Shown here: in pieces, positions 20,658 through 32,100 of the stretch
Layout: every line of letters begins with the position of its first letter
How positions within the stretch are numbered: the first letter of the stretch is position 1
Source of the DNA: Phoronis australis
Lineage: Eukaryota; Animalia; Phoronida
DNA: 64,000 nt
Reading direction: 5' to 3'
Assembly: GCA_002633005.1 (NCBI GenBank)
Contig: NMRA01000369.1
Span: forward strand, 1-64,000
The notes under the pieces: generated by a model
The model's input: only the letters and a program-made list of their open reading frames with translations
The model's database searches: none
Told to the model about the DNA's origin: nothing
Translations under genes and position numbers: made by a program

Positions 20658-21293
20658 NNNNNNNNNNNNNNNNNNNNNNNNNNNNNNNNNNNNNNNNNNN
20701 NNNNNNNNNNNNNNNNNNNNNNNNNNNNNNNNNNNNNNNNNNNNNNNNNNNNNNNNNNNNNNNNNNNNNNNNNNNNNNNNNNNNNNNNNNNNNNNNNNNN
20801 NNNNNNNNNNNNNNNNNNNNNNNNNNNNNNNNNNNNNNNNNNNNNNNNNNNNNNNNNNNNNNNNNNNNNNNNNNNNNNNNNNNNNNNNNNNNNNNNNNNN
20901 NNNNNNNNNNNNNNNNNNNNNNNNNNNNNNNNNNNNNNNNNNNNNNNNNNNNNNNNNNNNNNNNNNNNNNNNNNNNNNNNNNNNNNNNNNNNNNNNNNNN
21001 NNNNNNNNNNNNNNNNNNNNNNNNNNNNNNNNNNNNNNNNNNNNNNNNNNNNNNNNNNNNNNNNNNNNNNNNNNNNNNNNNNNNNNNNNNNNNNNNNNNN
21101 NNNNNNNNNNNNNNNNNNNNNNNNNNNNNNNNNNNNNNNNNNNNNNNNNNNNNNNNNNNNNNNNNNNNNNNNNNNNNNNNNNNNNNNNNNNNNNNNNNNN
21201 NNNNNNNNNNNNNNNNNNNNNNNNNNNNNNNNNNNNNNNNNNNNNNNNNNNNNNNNNNNNNNNNNNNNNNNNNNNNNNNNNNNNNNNNNNNNN
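20658..21293. other. Assembly gap
   Basis: Run of N. Confidence 1.
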
Positions 21294-21392
21294 GAAACTC
21301 TTGTCCAGCAACTTTAATGGCGTACTTGTCGATCTTCAATATTGAAGTATCTTTTCAATGTCAAAACAATTCTAAAAGTATCATAGACTTAC

Positions 21393-21981
21393 TCTGTGGA
21401 AATATCACGCTGGGTGCAAACTCTCTTGTGTACTGCCAAGTCCAATAGCGCAGCTCCGGTTTCCACACACCGTCAGTAATAACAAGTCGGCTGTCAGATT
21501 TTGAGTCCGCCACCATCTGCATCAGAAACTCAAGCTCCACTTCCGACTCTACTGTCAGGAGATGCGCCCCGAACATCCCACAATGGCTTTCCGCATCATC
21601 TCGGGTCTTAGGCTGGTCTACCAAAAGATAACAGGAGGTGTTGTGTTTCAAAAACCCACTGGGGCAGAAATGCGCGTCCCACAGCTCCAGGAGTTTGTCC
21701 ATTTTCGCCGACACTCTTTTTGCAGGGTTGTTTTCTTCCAATTTCCCGAGTTTCGTCTGTATGCCGCTGAGTCGATCGATGAGACTTTGGCGAACGGAGT
21801 TGAGCCGAGTCAATTGGCTGTTATCATGCGAAGTGATTTTGTTGAGAACGTTTGTTTGTAGTTGATTTAGGTGGCTGTGAATGTGTCCTTGGGACATACC
21901 GGTCTTTCTCTTCTGAACGTGGTGAGGCATTGGCGTGACCAAACTGCTAAACAGACTGAGCACTAAGACGGAGCAAAACAT
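21393..21981 (-). CDS. First coding exon of a secreted C-type lectin domain protein (signal peptide, coiled coil, N-terminal part of CTLD)
   Basis: ATG 21981; hydrophobic MFCSVLVLSLFSSLVTP; Leu/Gln heptad-like segment; CPSGF..HNTSCYLLV......DAESHC....AHLLTVESEVELEFL; W.W motif; donor A|GTAAGT at 21392. The rest of the CTLD presumably lies in gap 2. Confidence 0.85.
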
Positions 21982-22019
21982 TCTCGGCGTCTTCCTCGAT
22001 ATTCTCCGGGTAAACAAAC

Positions 22020-22090
22020 ACGAGTGAATAAAAAGCCAACTTAAAACTTCAGATTTATACACACGGGGCTTAAATAGGAGCACGTGGTGT
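22020..22090 (-). promoter_or_regulatory. Putative TATA core promoter of the lectin gene
   Basis: TATAAAT on the minus strand at 22059-22053, an Inr-like TCACT about 30 nt downstream, CACGTG at 22081-22086, ATG at 21981. Confidence 0.5.
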
Positions 22091-24070
22091 CAATTATTTT
22101 TGCTTCATTAATTTGAAAACTTTAAAATAAACATGTCTTAATAATCCAATCACGAATAATAGGCGTATGCACAATGAATAAGTTAGGCGACCAATAGCAC
22201 TCGTCTGGTGAAGCTGACCAGGACGTAAAGTTCGATCATGCCACCTCACTTTCTACACTGCGCAGTGAATGACGTCCTTGTTGCTAATTTTAACATTTAG
22301 GAAGATTTAATCCATCTATGGCCCACTTTTTCGATTGTTGTAGGTTAAGAATATATCTATTGCTTGAAATATTTTGAACAGAGTTATAAAACAGCAAAAC
22401 TCCTTATGTTTCATGATTTGATTAGAAATCGCTGATTCCCCGGCGTTTTGGCTTCCAGTCATTCTTTAAAACTGGTCTTAGAGGTCGCTGCCTTTATCAC
22501 ATGACTTATAGCTTTGATAGCATGTCATCGAACTAGGATGGCTGAGGTCGCAAGTGTATGAAAAGCACGTGGAACATAGCCCCAATATTGTAACACTATG
22601 AGACATTGAACAGGGGAAAAACTAGGAGTTTTAGGGTGGAGTGGGAGAAAAGTGTCTAACACGCGATCTGCCAATTAAATGCCCCTTGAAACTTGAGGTG
22701 TTCACATACTGAAGGAGGAAATGTACTAGCAAATGGGCAGAATTAGCCGTAAGAATATTACTTTTTTGAATGCCTTTTTGGTCAATTTGGCATACTTTAT
22801 TTACGTTCCAGTTCATTCAAACAAGAAGTGTACTATTTATCTGCTATATTATAGCACGAAACCTGCAACCTGCAGTGAATATTCGAGGTCACATTGGTTC
22901 TGGAACCTATATCCAGGCGAGTTCCGTAGATGCAAGAATCTTGTGCCGAAGGAAGCGCGTGTGATGTCGAGACCATGAATGAGCTTTTCATATATGGCGA
23001 TATCTCGCGAAGTTTTGCGTGATCTTACCCTGATTTCGCTAGCTTGTCTTGCCTACGGCCGGTGCGACGTCTGGAATCACTGTTTCGAAGTTCAATATTT
23101 ATAGCAATGATGCTCAGTTTGACATTAATACAGCGGGACGCTATAAACGATTTGCTTCTTTTACAAGACTAGAAACTGCTACAGAATAGCTGACCAATTT
23201 CTTACAGTTAAACAATAGTGTCAAAGCAAAAGATGAACCTGGCTAGTGGGCTACACCTAGCGACCCTGTCGAACAGTAAGGGAATCAATGAGATCACCGG
23301 AAACTGGAACCGTGCACGTTGTTCCAACCTCTCGGTTCCGGGTTGCAAGAGAATCAAATAACGAAAACCATGATGTCCTTGAACATATTTCGTCTGCCTA
23401 ATTTGACAAGAGCCTGGAATAAACTAATACACAGACCAATTTGCCCATGACTTGAGCATTGAATGATGCCAAAAACAGGTAAAAAATCAAATCACGAAAA
23501 CAGCTATTCAGCCTATCAAACACACAGTGTTTCATTGGGAGTCACACTTTCCGTAAGCTCAAAGCATATTGCGCAGTACTTGCAGAGAGAAATCTTAGCT
23601 AATGGAAAGAAAACAGTGATAAGTTTTATTCCACAATTTGACATTACACTGGTGTACCTCATCGCGCCATTTTCCCATGGTTCTTAAGAAGTAGTGACAT
23701 TCCGTGCATATTTGCGAAAAACTCGCCTCTTACTAGTGCTGCTTTGCGTGGTCTCGCGATATTTCATTTTCACGAGAATCGTACGTCTATGGAACGCAGC
23801 ACTGTTAATGACCTATGTAGCGCCATCTTTGAAAACCATTATTTTGTTTCATGACGGTTTTCCACGGCACTTTGGTAATTCAAGTTATTAAACAGCAGCA
23901 AAATATGTGTTGCCATTTTATAAGCACTTAAACAAAGATTTCGAACGAGCACTGCCATTTCAACAACATAACGATAATTAAGTCACAACAGTGCATCTTA
24001 ACTCTACCAACATGGAAGTTTATTTCTGCTGCTAATACTGACAGAATTGCTGAAATCAATGCAACATTAC

Positions 24071-24735
24071 TGCCTCGAGCTTTTTGACTTACTTTCTGTC
24101 CTTTTTGCTAAAAAGTAGGTTATGGTCTCAAAAATTACGTCGCCGTCGTGGTTCATATATCACTCAAGGGCATAGTGAAGAACTAAACTTACCGCATTAC
24201 ATAATTCGATAACCTTCGTTGATCACAGACAAGGACCTCAGTCATTAACGATACGTTTCACGAAAATGTAACGCTTTGTTTTTTTAACAATCGCTTTTTT
24301 CTTTTGTTTGTGAAAAGACTTCGCAAACTAGCATCTAGCTGGATATTCATTCCTTGAGTTTCCTGATGATGGCGATCAGGAAGTTAATGTTTTTTATTAG
24401 GTTTNTGCCTCGAGCTTTTTGACTTACTTTCTGTCCTTTTTGCTAAAAAGTAGGTTATGGTCTCAAAAATTACGTCGCCGTCGTGGTTCATATATCACTC
24501 AAGGGCATGAAGAACTAAACTTACCGCATTACATAATTCGATAACCTTCGTTGATCACAGACAAGGACCTCAGTCATTAACGATACGTTTCACCAAAATG
24601 TAACGCTTTGTTTTTTTAACAATCACTTTTTCTTTTGTTTGTGAAAAGACTTTGCAAACAAGCATCTAGCTGGATATTCATTCCTTGAGTTTCCTGATGA
24701 TGGCGATCAGGAAGTTAATGTTTTTTATTAGGTTT
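24071..24735. repeat. Near-identical 330-bp tandem pair split by a single N (probable uncollapsed haplotypes)
   Basis: 24071-24404 versus 24406-24735, differing by a few substitutions and one 3-bp indel. Confidence 0.8.
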
Positions 24736-25010
24736 CATTTTCTATGATCACGCGCAGAAATTTTACATCTGAGTTAAAGTTCGTCTGCTCCAAGTTCGAA
24801 ATATAGTAATTTTGACTTGCTCTATACATCTACATGTAACTCCATGACCATATTAATTCATTTTGCCCTATAATGAATAATTATAATAGTCCAAGATTTA
24901 AAAATATGACAGAAATATCACCACGTGTCCAGCCCACGATTCTTCTGACAATACTTTGATAACATTCTCTACAACAACTGGAAAATACGTTTTAGTTTAC
25001 GACGTTCGTT

Positions 25011-26032
25011 TTAAAGGAACAGTATCAGTTTAACGGCCTAAAATCGTATTTTTGGGGGGATTTTTATTCAATAAGATTGACTTTTTGAAGTTGTGTTTTT
25101 GCGCTTGTTTTAAAAAATCGCTATTACAGCAGTTGTCTGCCAGACAGATTAAATCAAGACCACCGGCGACCACTAAATACGCTGGCTACGATTTATTAGA
25201 AGACCGATGACTCGGACTACGATCGCTAGGATTCTTGGTGGCGATTCCGCGCAGCGGCTGATGTCAGAAAATTACTTTTCTTGTCGATAATGTCCATTCA
25301 TTAAACAAAGCTTCAACTAATTTACTTTGTAACATTTCAATTAGTTGATCTATCCGGCAGAGTTCGTGTAAGGGCTATAATCATTTTCAACAGGAAAACT
25401 ATTTAAAATGCATTTATATCCAAAATTAGAAAACTGGATATTTATAAGAATCATATGCGCTAGTACAATTTTGACCTACAAGGTACTTTTAAACGTTTTC
25501 TGTAATCAAAACACACTATGGGAGGAAATATGAAGAAAAACATCCTTATAGCGAAATGTGGAACGGAAAACCACAATACAACAACGATAACAATGCTATT
25601 AATTCACTGAAATTTGGCCGAAATCGAAAAGTCCTTGTTATGCTTAGACTGCTAATATCTGGTTTACGCGTCAAACTCAGAAAGCGATGAAAGTGGAATT
25701 TTTGAGATCAGCCCCAAGACGGATTCGAACCCACGAGCCGCTCAGCGGTTATAGTCCGACGCTTTACCATGTAGCGGGGCTAACCCCCACTCGCTAAAAA
25801 ACTAGATGATTTTAAAGTATTTAAGGTGGCACTCAATAATTTTTGATCCACGGCTGAATTTAGCACTCAATAAATTTTTGAGTCACTACTGAATTTACCA
25901 CTCGGTAGAATTTGAGCCATGATTTATCATTCAAACGTTTTTTGGGTCAAGCTTCAAGCTACCACTCACAATTTTTTGAGTCACGGTTGTCACAGAATGG
26001 TTTACTTCTTGAAAGATACTGTGTTTTTGAAC
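25011..26032. mobile_element. Possible Kolobok-type non-autonomous element containing a tRNA-like segment and a 37-bp tandem repeat
   Basis: TTAA-AGGAACAGTATC at left and GATACTGTGTTT-TTGA at right (imperfect); CACTCAATAA...CTGAATTTA units at 25830-25985. Confidence 0.35.
25711..25780 (-). pseudogene. tRNA-derived sequence (pseudo-tRNA or SINE head)
   Basis: Minus strand GCCCC...TGGTAAAGCG-TCGGACTATAACCG...GGGTTCGAATCC...GGGGC: B-box intact, D arm and T stem defective. Confidence 0.55.
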
Positions 26033-28321
26033 TTCAAAAACTCAAACAATTTGCAAAAGTCTGTGCATAGCAAGAAATTTCGGACTTTTTGGAAATATAT
26101 GCGAACAACTTGAAACACGTACGTTTCCATGGACGTTTATACGATCCATGCTGGTTTGCAAAATTGATTAAATACATGACACTTAGTTATTAACACTGTT
26201 TACTACGTCCCTTTCGTATCCTCGGAACAATGTTCTACACTCAACAGGACATCGGTGAAGCAAATGACCATGACACATGATTAAAGGACACACGATGCTG
26301 GAAAAAGATTCTTACCCCTCACAACTGAAATGTCCAAGTCAGGGCTCCCAAACGGTAAATGAAGCATTGAAGATGGTTGGCACAATTCTTCTAGATGTTT
26401 CGCGATTACCCGCCCCCAGTTGCACGCTTATGCTGGCTGGTCGCCACGGTTTCACTTTAACGCTGCAGTCAGACCGACATTTGTTGTAAAGCCTAACGTG
26501 CCAAACCATGCTAATGTCTTCCTGGCAAAACGAAATAAATCAATACAAAACAAGAACAAGGGCAATTACGAAATACACATAAAACCACAAGTTAAAGTTA
26601 CTGGACCCCAGCTTGACGATTAATGCCAAATTATTAAGCCACTGATCTTTGTTCGTGATACATCGACACGAATTATCCGGCCCTCGATCCGGGTACACAA
26701 AATCCCAAAGCCGCGTGTCCTTGTAGTCCGCTCTTACAATAATCTCGAAAAACCAATGTCTCCAAGAAAGCGTGCAACACGGTCTTCCAGCAGTCACGAG
26801 CTATGTCCACTTTCACTAAGTCACGAGTACAGTGCTGTACTGGGCCGTATAGGTGCACGTAGGCGCAGCCAACCACCTTTTGGCATTTGAACGTAGCGCC
26901 TACGCACCGTAAGTTAAACTAATGAAAAATCTCAGTCACATCGTTCTGACTGCCAGAACGTGCCATTGTGAAGACTGAAGCTGTATGTCGCTCCGTCACT
27001 TTAAACACATTTCGAGTTCTACACGCAGATCCAAGACCAACAGGTGGCCATGACTTACGATGCACTCGCGAGAAACCGTCATTGTTGTGTCAATTGACTG
27101 CTATTTTGAATGGACGAGTGCACCGTTTGCAAATTTCGAGGATTGGTTTTCCTTGACCTGTTTAATTTTGTATGTTTTTGTTGAGAACAGAAAACAAGCC
27201 GTATTATACTTAGAAACATTAAAAAACAGTAAAATTAAGGCCTAATTCCTTTATTAGAATCCGCGGATTGCAGCTGAAGTGTGGTGTTGTCTGGTCGTAA
27301 CCTGAGAAAATGAACTGAGACAGATTCCGAAGGACGAAGGGTAACGGCGCGCGCCGACGGTTACTTGTTTTGAATTAACTTCGCCTTAATCAAGATTTTA
27401 CAGGGTGAGAAAACCTTTTACGCAGACCGTTGACCCGTTGGCCTTTCTTTCCATTCAATTTACCACCGTATTTGGCTTATCTACTCAGTTTACGATTTTC
27501 GTTTTTGGCAGCTAAATTACAACAAGGCGGAATGTCAGGTGGCTAGGAAAGGATTTCCCTATCTCGAGTGCCCGAGTTGCGCCCCGATCCCCCTGCCCCA
27601 CAAGCTGGGCAGGATTAAATAGTCCTTCTGGGAGTTTATAGCAATAACACGAGATTATGTGAGACTTAACTGTAACGTCACCGGAAGTGGGGCAAAAGCT
27701 TGTCGTTTGGCCATTTGCCCAATACGGTAACAGATTGTATTCTGTTGTTTACTTCGAATTTTTAATCTTTTAGTTTGAAAAATGCCAAACAAGCATTGCT
27801 GTTATGGCAAATGAAAGTCAGATTTGCTCTACAATACATTCCATCGCGTTCTGTACTAATTTCGTCCTGTGTGATTTTAGACGGGCAGTAGGCGAAATCC
27901 GCTCACTTATTAAGTTTTCACCTCGTCAAAAATACATTCTACACCAAAAAAGGCGCTTAAATTCTTCAGTGATCCTTTCTGCTTCTAAACACATCTTCGA
28001 TGAAGCATAGCTACGGGAATTCATGTTACTTTGGCGAAGAATTCCAACTCCACTTTTTGGTTTCTGTTAACTTTGAATGCGCGCGCGATAACGACATGAA
28101 GTATTTCAACTGAGTCACGTGAGTATGAGGCAAAGGTTAGCGCGAGACTGAGCATGTTTCTTTATTTGCTGTATTTTGAACTGAGTAACTTTTTATGTGG
28201 ATATACTAACGCCCCTGTATGCCTGCGGAAGGCCTATTCAGGCCTAGACCGAGTCGAGTTCCAATTTCAGTCCGTTCACAGCTTCGCACAACATAACAAA
28301 TTCACATTTTCTTCATCCATC

Positions 28322-28967
28322 CAGTGGCGGATCTAGGATATCACAAGGAGGGGCCCAACATTTTGTCTGAAAACATTTTGTGTAAAGCACGCTTAGATTC
28401 GCATAGCACCAAATGGGGGTTAGTCGGGAGGGGGGTTTGAGAACGTGTCAAGTATGAAAAACTAACTGCAGTTATCACAGAGTCGATCTCACGCCCTGGC
28501 GGATAGAGAGCGTGTGCTTTACCACCGCACCACCACGATTTCTCTCCTAACTTGGTAATAAGAGACCTACTTGTTTATGGTCCATAACGTTTGCGCGCGA
28601 AATCTACTTCCGTTTTTGTAATGCTTATTACACTTTTTATATTTTGTGCAATGTTTTCAATTTCTCAAAAGACCAAATCCGTTTTTTGTGTTGGCATTAA
28701 TGACGCGATTGCTTTGGAAATCGTCAGGTTGTGAGTTCGAATCTCTGGTAACTTGCAGTTTTCCTTTTGACACGTTTTCCGTTTTTTTTGCCTTTGGGAT
28801 AATACTTCAGGAATCAAGGAAAATGCTTGATATTTAGAGGAAAAACAGAAAAATTTCTTGGGCGAAAGGGGGGCAAACCCCCTCCCGACCTCCCCCCATT
28901 CGGTACTTTGCGCATCTACAATTGATGCGTGGTTTGCGCCCAAATGCTTATCCTAGATCCGCCACTG
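28322..28967. mobile_element. MITE with perfect 19-bp TIR and tRNA-like internal segments
   Basis: CAGTGGCGGATCTAGGATA / TATCCTAGATCCGCCACTG; related pieces at 51005-51198 and 51646-51990; no clear TSD. Confidence 0.75.
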
Positions 28968-29139
28968 ATTATTCAACATTTTGGTCCTGACTGTGATTGG
29001 CAAAAATGAGAACCGGCCTGATACGCAAAATAACGGTATGGTCTTATACTTGGCACTCAGATCATGTTCATATATTCTGGGTAATACCAAGGAGTGTGGT
29101 ACACTCCTTGGTAATACGGTAGAAGAAATCTCTACGGTA

Positions 29140-29195
29140 AGCCGATAGATGGTGCTAAAAATGACGTCACAGGAAACGCGGCGATACAAATGGCG
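29140..29195 (+). promoter_or_regulatory. Proximal promoter of NSL1 (CRE and YY1-type start context)
   Basis: TGACGTCA at 29162-29169, CAGGAAA, and AAATGGCG overlapping the ATG. Confidence 0.45.
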
Positions 29196-32100
29196 TCCGT
29201 TGACAGTTCGCAGGTTATTGATAACAAGGTTTCTTGCTGCAGCCGACGTTCTATAAATAAAATCAAAGATTTAATCGAACTAGAAGCACACAGAGTTATA
29301 AGTCAGAGTGCTGACTGGACGGACGAGCAGATAAAAGCATGCAAGGACAGATTTAAAGAGGTATATTTTAGTTGCAGTCAGTACTCAGGACCAGTCTTGG
29401 CCAAGACCGACCTCCGCTCCGAGCAGTGAGTGACTACCGTCTCTAGCTGGCAGCACAGGCGTCCTCAGCTTCTGATCGTCCTCAATACACTGTACAAAAT
29501 TATATACTACAAGGTATGACACTCCGGACTAGAAATTTCACGGGTGCTTCACTTCAGCCGTCCATAGGCATAGCAAACACAAAACTATAAATTTACACAA
29601 AACGGGTTCAACAAACCATGAGTCATGACTCCATGACTGAGGAATTGTTCTTTCTGCCAATAGCAATATCATTTACAGTGTCCTGCTTCACTAAGTTTGC
29701 AAAAAATTCACGGTCAAATCACAAAAATCTCAAAACGTTGCTGCATGTACTAGCAATATACTTCACAAGGTCAAGTAGGGTGCTGAATAATCCGATGAGT
29801 TACGAATCGACAGCAATTGCCGGTTCACCACGGAAGGTTACGAAATGGTCTGGCTAAGTGTGGAGTTATTGATGTCGTGACCTTCTGTGACAAACCAGCA
29901 ATTTCCGTGTAGCATATTGCTGGTATGCAGCAACTTTTTTGGGAAGATTTTTGTGCTTTGACTGCTAATTTGTTGCGAACTCGGTGGAGCTGGACACTGT
30001 AAATGGTATTGGGAGAAAGAACAATTCCTCATGGTTTTTTGAACCTCTGTGTTTTGAAACAGGGCTTGGAATTTTCCGCGGAAACGCGGATTTCCGCTTT
30101 TTTGAAATGTGCTTTCCGCTTTTTTTATAATATTTCCGCGTAAAAAAATTGGATTTGATATGAAATTTCCGCGGCAAATTCCTTTCTTACCGCGGCGTTG
30201 CAGACGACGTTCACCTCGGAAAGCGGAAGTCTTTATGTTTCGGAGGAACGTAAATTGTCAACATTGCCGGGGCATCTGGGTAAAGGGTGGTCTGATTTTC
30301 AATGGCGGCTCGTGTTATTGTTAAGCGCGGCGACAAATACTACCGCTCTGCAGCNTTCTGCCTATAGCAATATCATTTACAGTGTCCTGCTTCACCAAGT
30401 TCGCAAAAAATTCACGGTCAAATCACAAAAATCTCAAAAAAACGTTGCTGCATACTAGCAATATACTTCACAAGGTCAAGTAGGGTGTGGAATAATCCGA
30501 TGAGTTACGAATCGACAGCAATTGCCGGTTCACCACGGAAGGTTACGAAATGGTCTGGCTAAGTGTGGTGTTATTGATGTCGTGACCTGTGACAAACCAG
30601 CAATTTCCGTTTAGCATATTGCTGGTATGCAGCAACTTTTTTGGGAAGATTTTTGTGCTTTGACTGCTAATTTGTTGGGAACTCGGTGGAGGTGGACACT
30701 GTAAATGGTACTGGGAGAAAGAACAATTCCTCATGGTTTTTTGAACCTCTGTGTTTTGAAAATTTATTGAGTTTTGTGTTTGTTATGGACATCTGAAGTG
30801 AAGCACCTGTGGAATTTCTAGTCCGAAATGTCATACCATATAGTTTTTCAGTGTATTGGGGTCGATCAGAAGCTGAGGATGCCTGTGGCTAGCATTAGAG
30901 ATGGTGAAGCTCATATAGGCACTTCATACGGCGGAAGCTGAATAAAACATCAAGTCACTGTGTTATAGCATACGTACCTTTTGGGCATAGATTAGAGGGG
31001 CACCAAGGCTTAGGAGGCCTTAAAAATAGCCCGATTTTGGGAACTGAACGAAGGACTGCTCGAAGAAAAAGTTTGATAATGGGATTATTTGTTGAAGTTG
31101 AAAGCTGTCCCTCTAAGTGCAAAAGTTACTTAAATACCAACGTGACTTTGATGTTTTAATCAGTGTGAGGCATAATTTGCCGAAAAGGTTCTGGCATATG
31201 AAATGCCTATTGGAGCTTCACCATGTCTAATGCCAGCTAGAGACGGGGGTCACTGTTTACGAGTATGGGATCTTTCTAGATAGTACCATCGTCTCAACTG
31301 GCCCTAGTAGAGACGGTGCCAATACCATAGGCCTTCCATATGCCAAAATCTTTTTGGCAAATTATACTTCACACTGATTAAACCACAGTGCGACTAATTT
31401 CCAGATGACTCATAACCATATAAGAAACAAAGGTTGGTCACTAAAACTTTCCCGACCTTAGGCTCCCAACTTTAACTGTTCCAATTCCCAAATCCAAATA
31501 AAATCTGCATACACTTCCCTCGGACTGGTATTGCACAAACTTCTGTAGCCTTAGCTTTCCATGATCCCATTATAATGTACTTGTGGTGAATTGGTGATGG
31601 AATTTCCAAAACAAACGCAAACTCTAATTTCAAGGGGGCTAATTGGTTAACATGGCAGATTTCAGTTATGCTTGTTGGAAATAAAACTTCAGGTTTGAGC
31701 AAGCAAAGCCTATTGCAAAACAGGGAGTTTGTCATTCAATTTGAACAGCGATGTATTGAGACTGGGGTCAAAATGACACCGGGAACTGGGGAAAATGGAC
31801 CAAAAAACCTGGGAACCGGGAATGAGACCACCTATCCCTCTCTCCATGATGCAAATGTGTCAGACAGTATGTACACATACTGACTGGTGCTATATGTAAG
31901 CATTCTGTCTGTGCACCCAAAGCCTGTTGCTACATTTCACCAGATGTGAATGCTTTAGATGTTCAACTTTACTTTTCTTTCACAGATATTCACCGGGGTC
32001 CTTCAAAATCACATCAATATTGATGGTGAAAATTGGTCGACAAACAGTGATAATGAGTTAAATGCAACTTCAGGTATGGATTAAATCAAGCTGCCTTTTG

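Noticed and set aside
20628-21339. Long ORFs in the track here and around 3061-3532
   Set aside because: They are artefacts of N-runs.
24071-24735. Genuine tandem duplication
   Set aside because: A single N exactly at the junction and allele-level differences point to uncollapsed haplotype overlap.
25711-25780. Functional tRNA gene
   Set aside because: The D arm is truncated, the T stem is mismatched and the anticodon loop is non-canonical.
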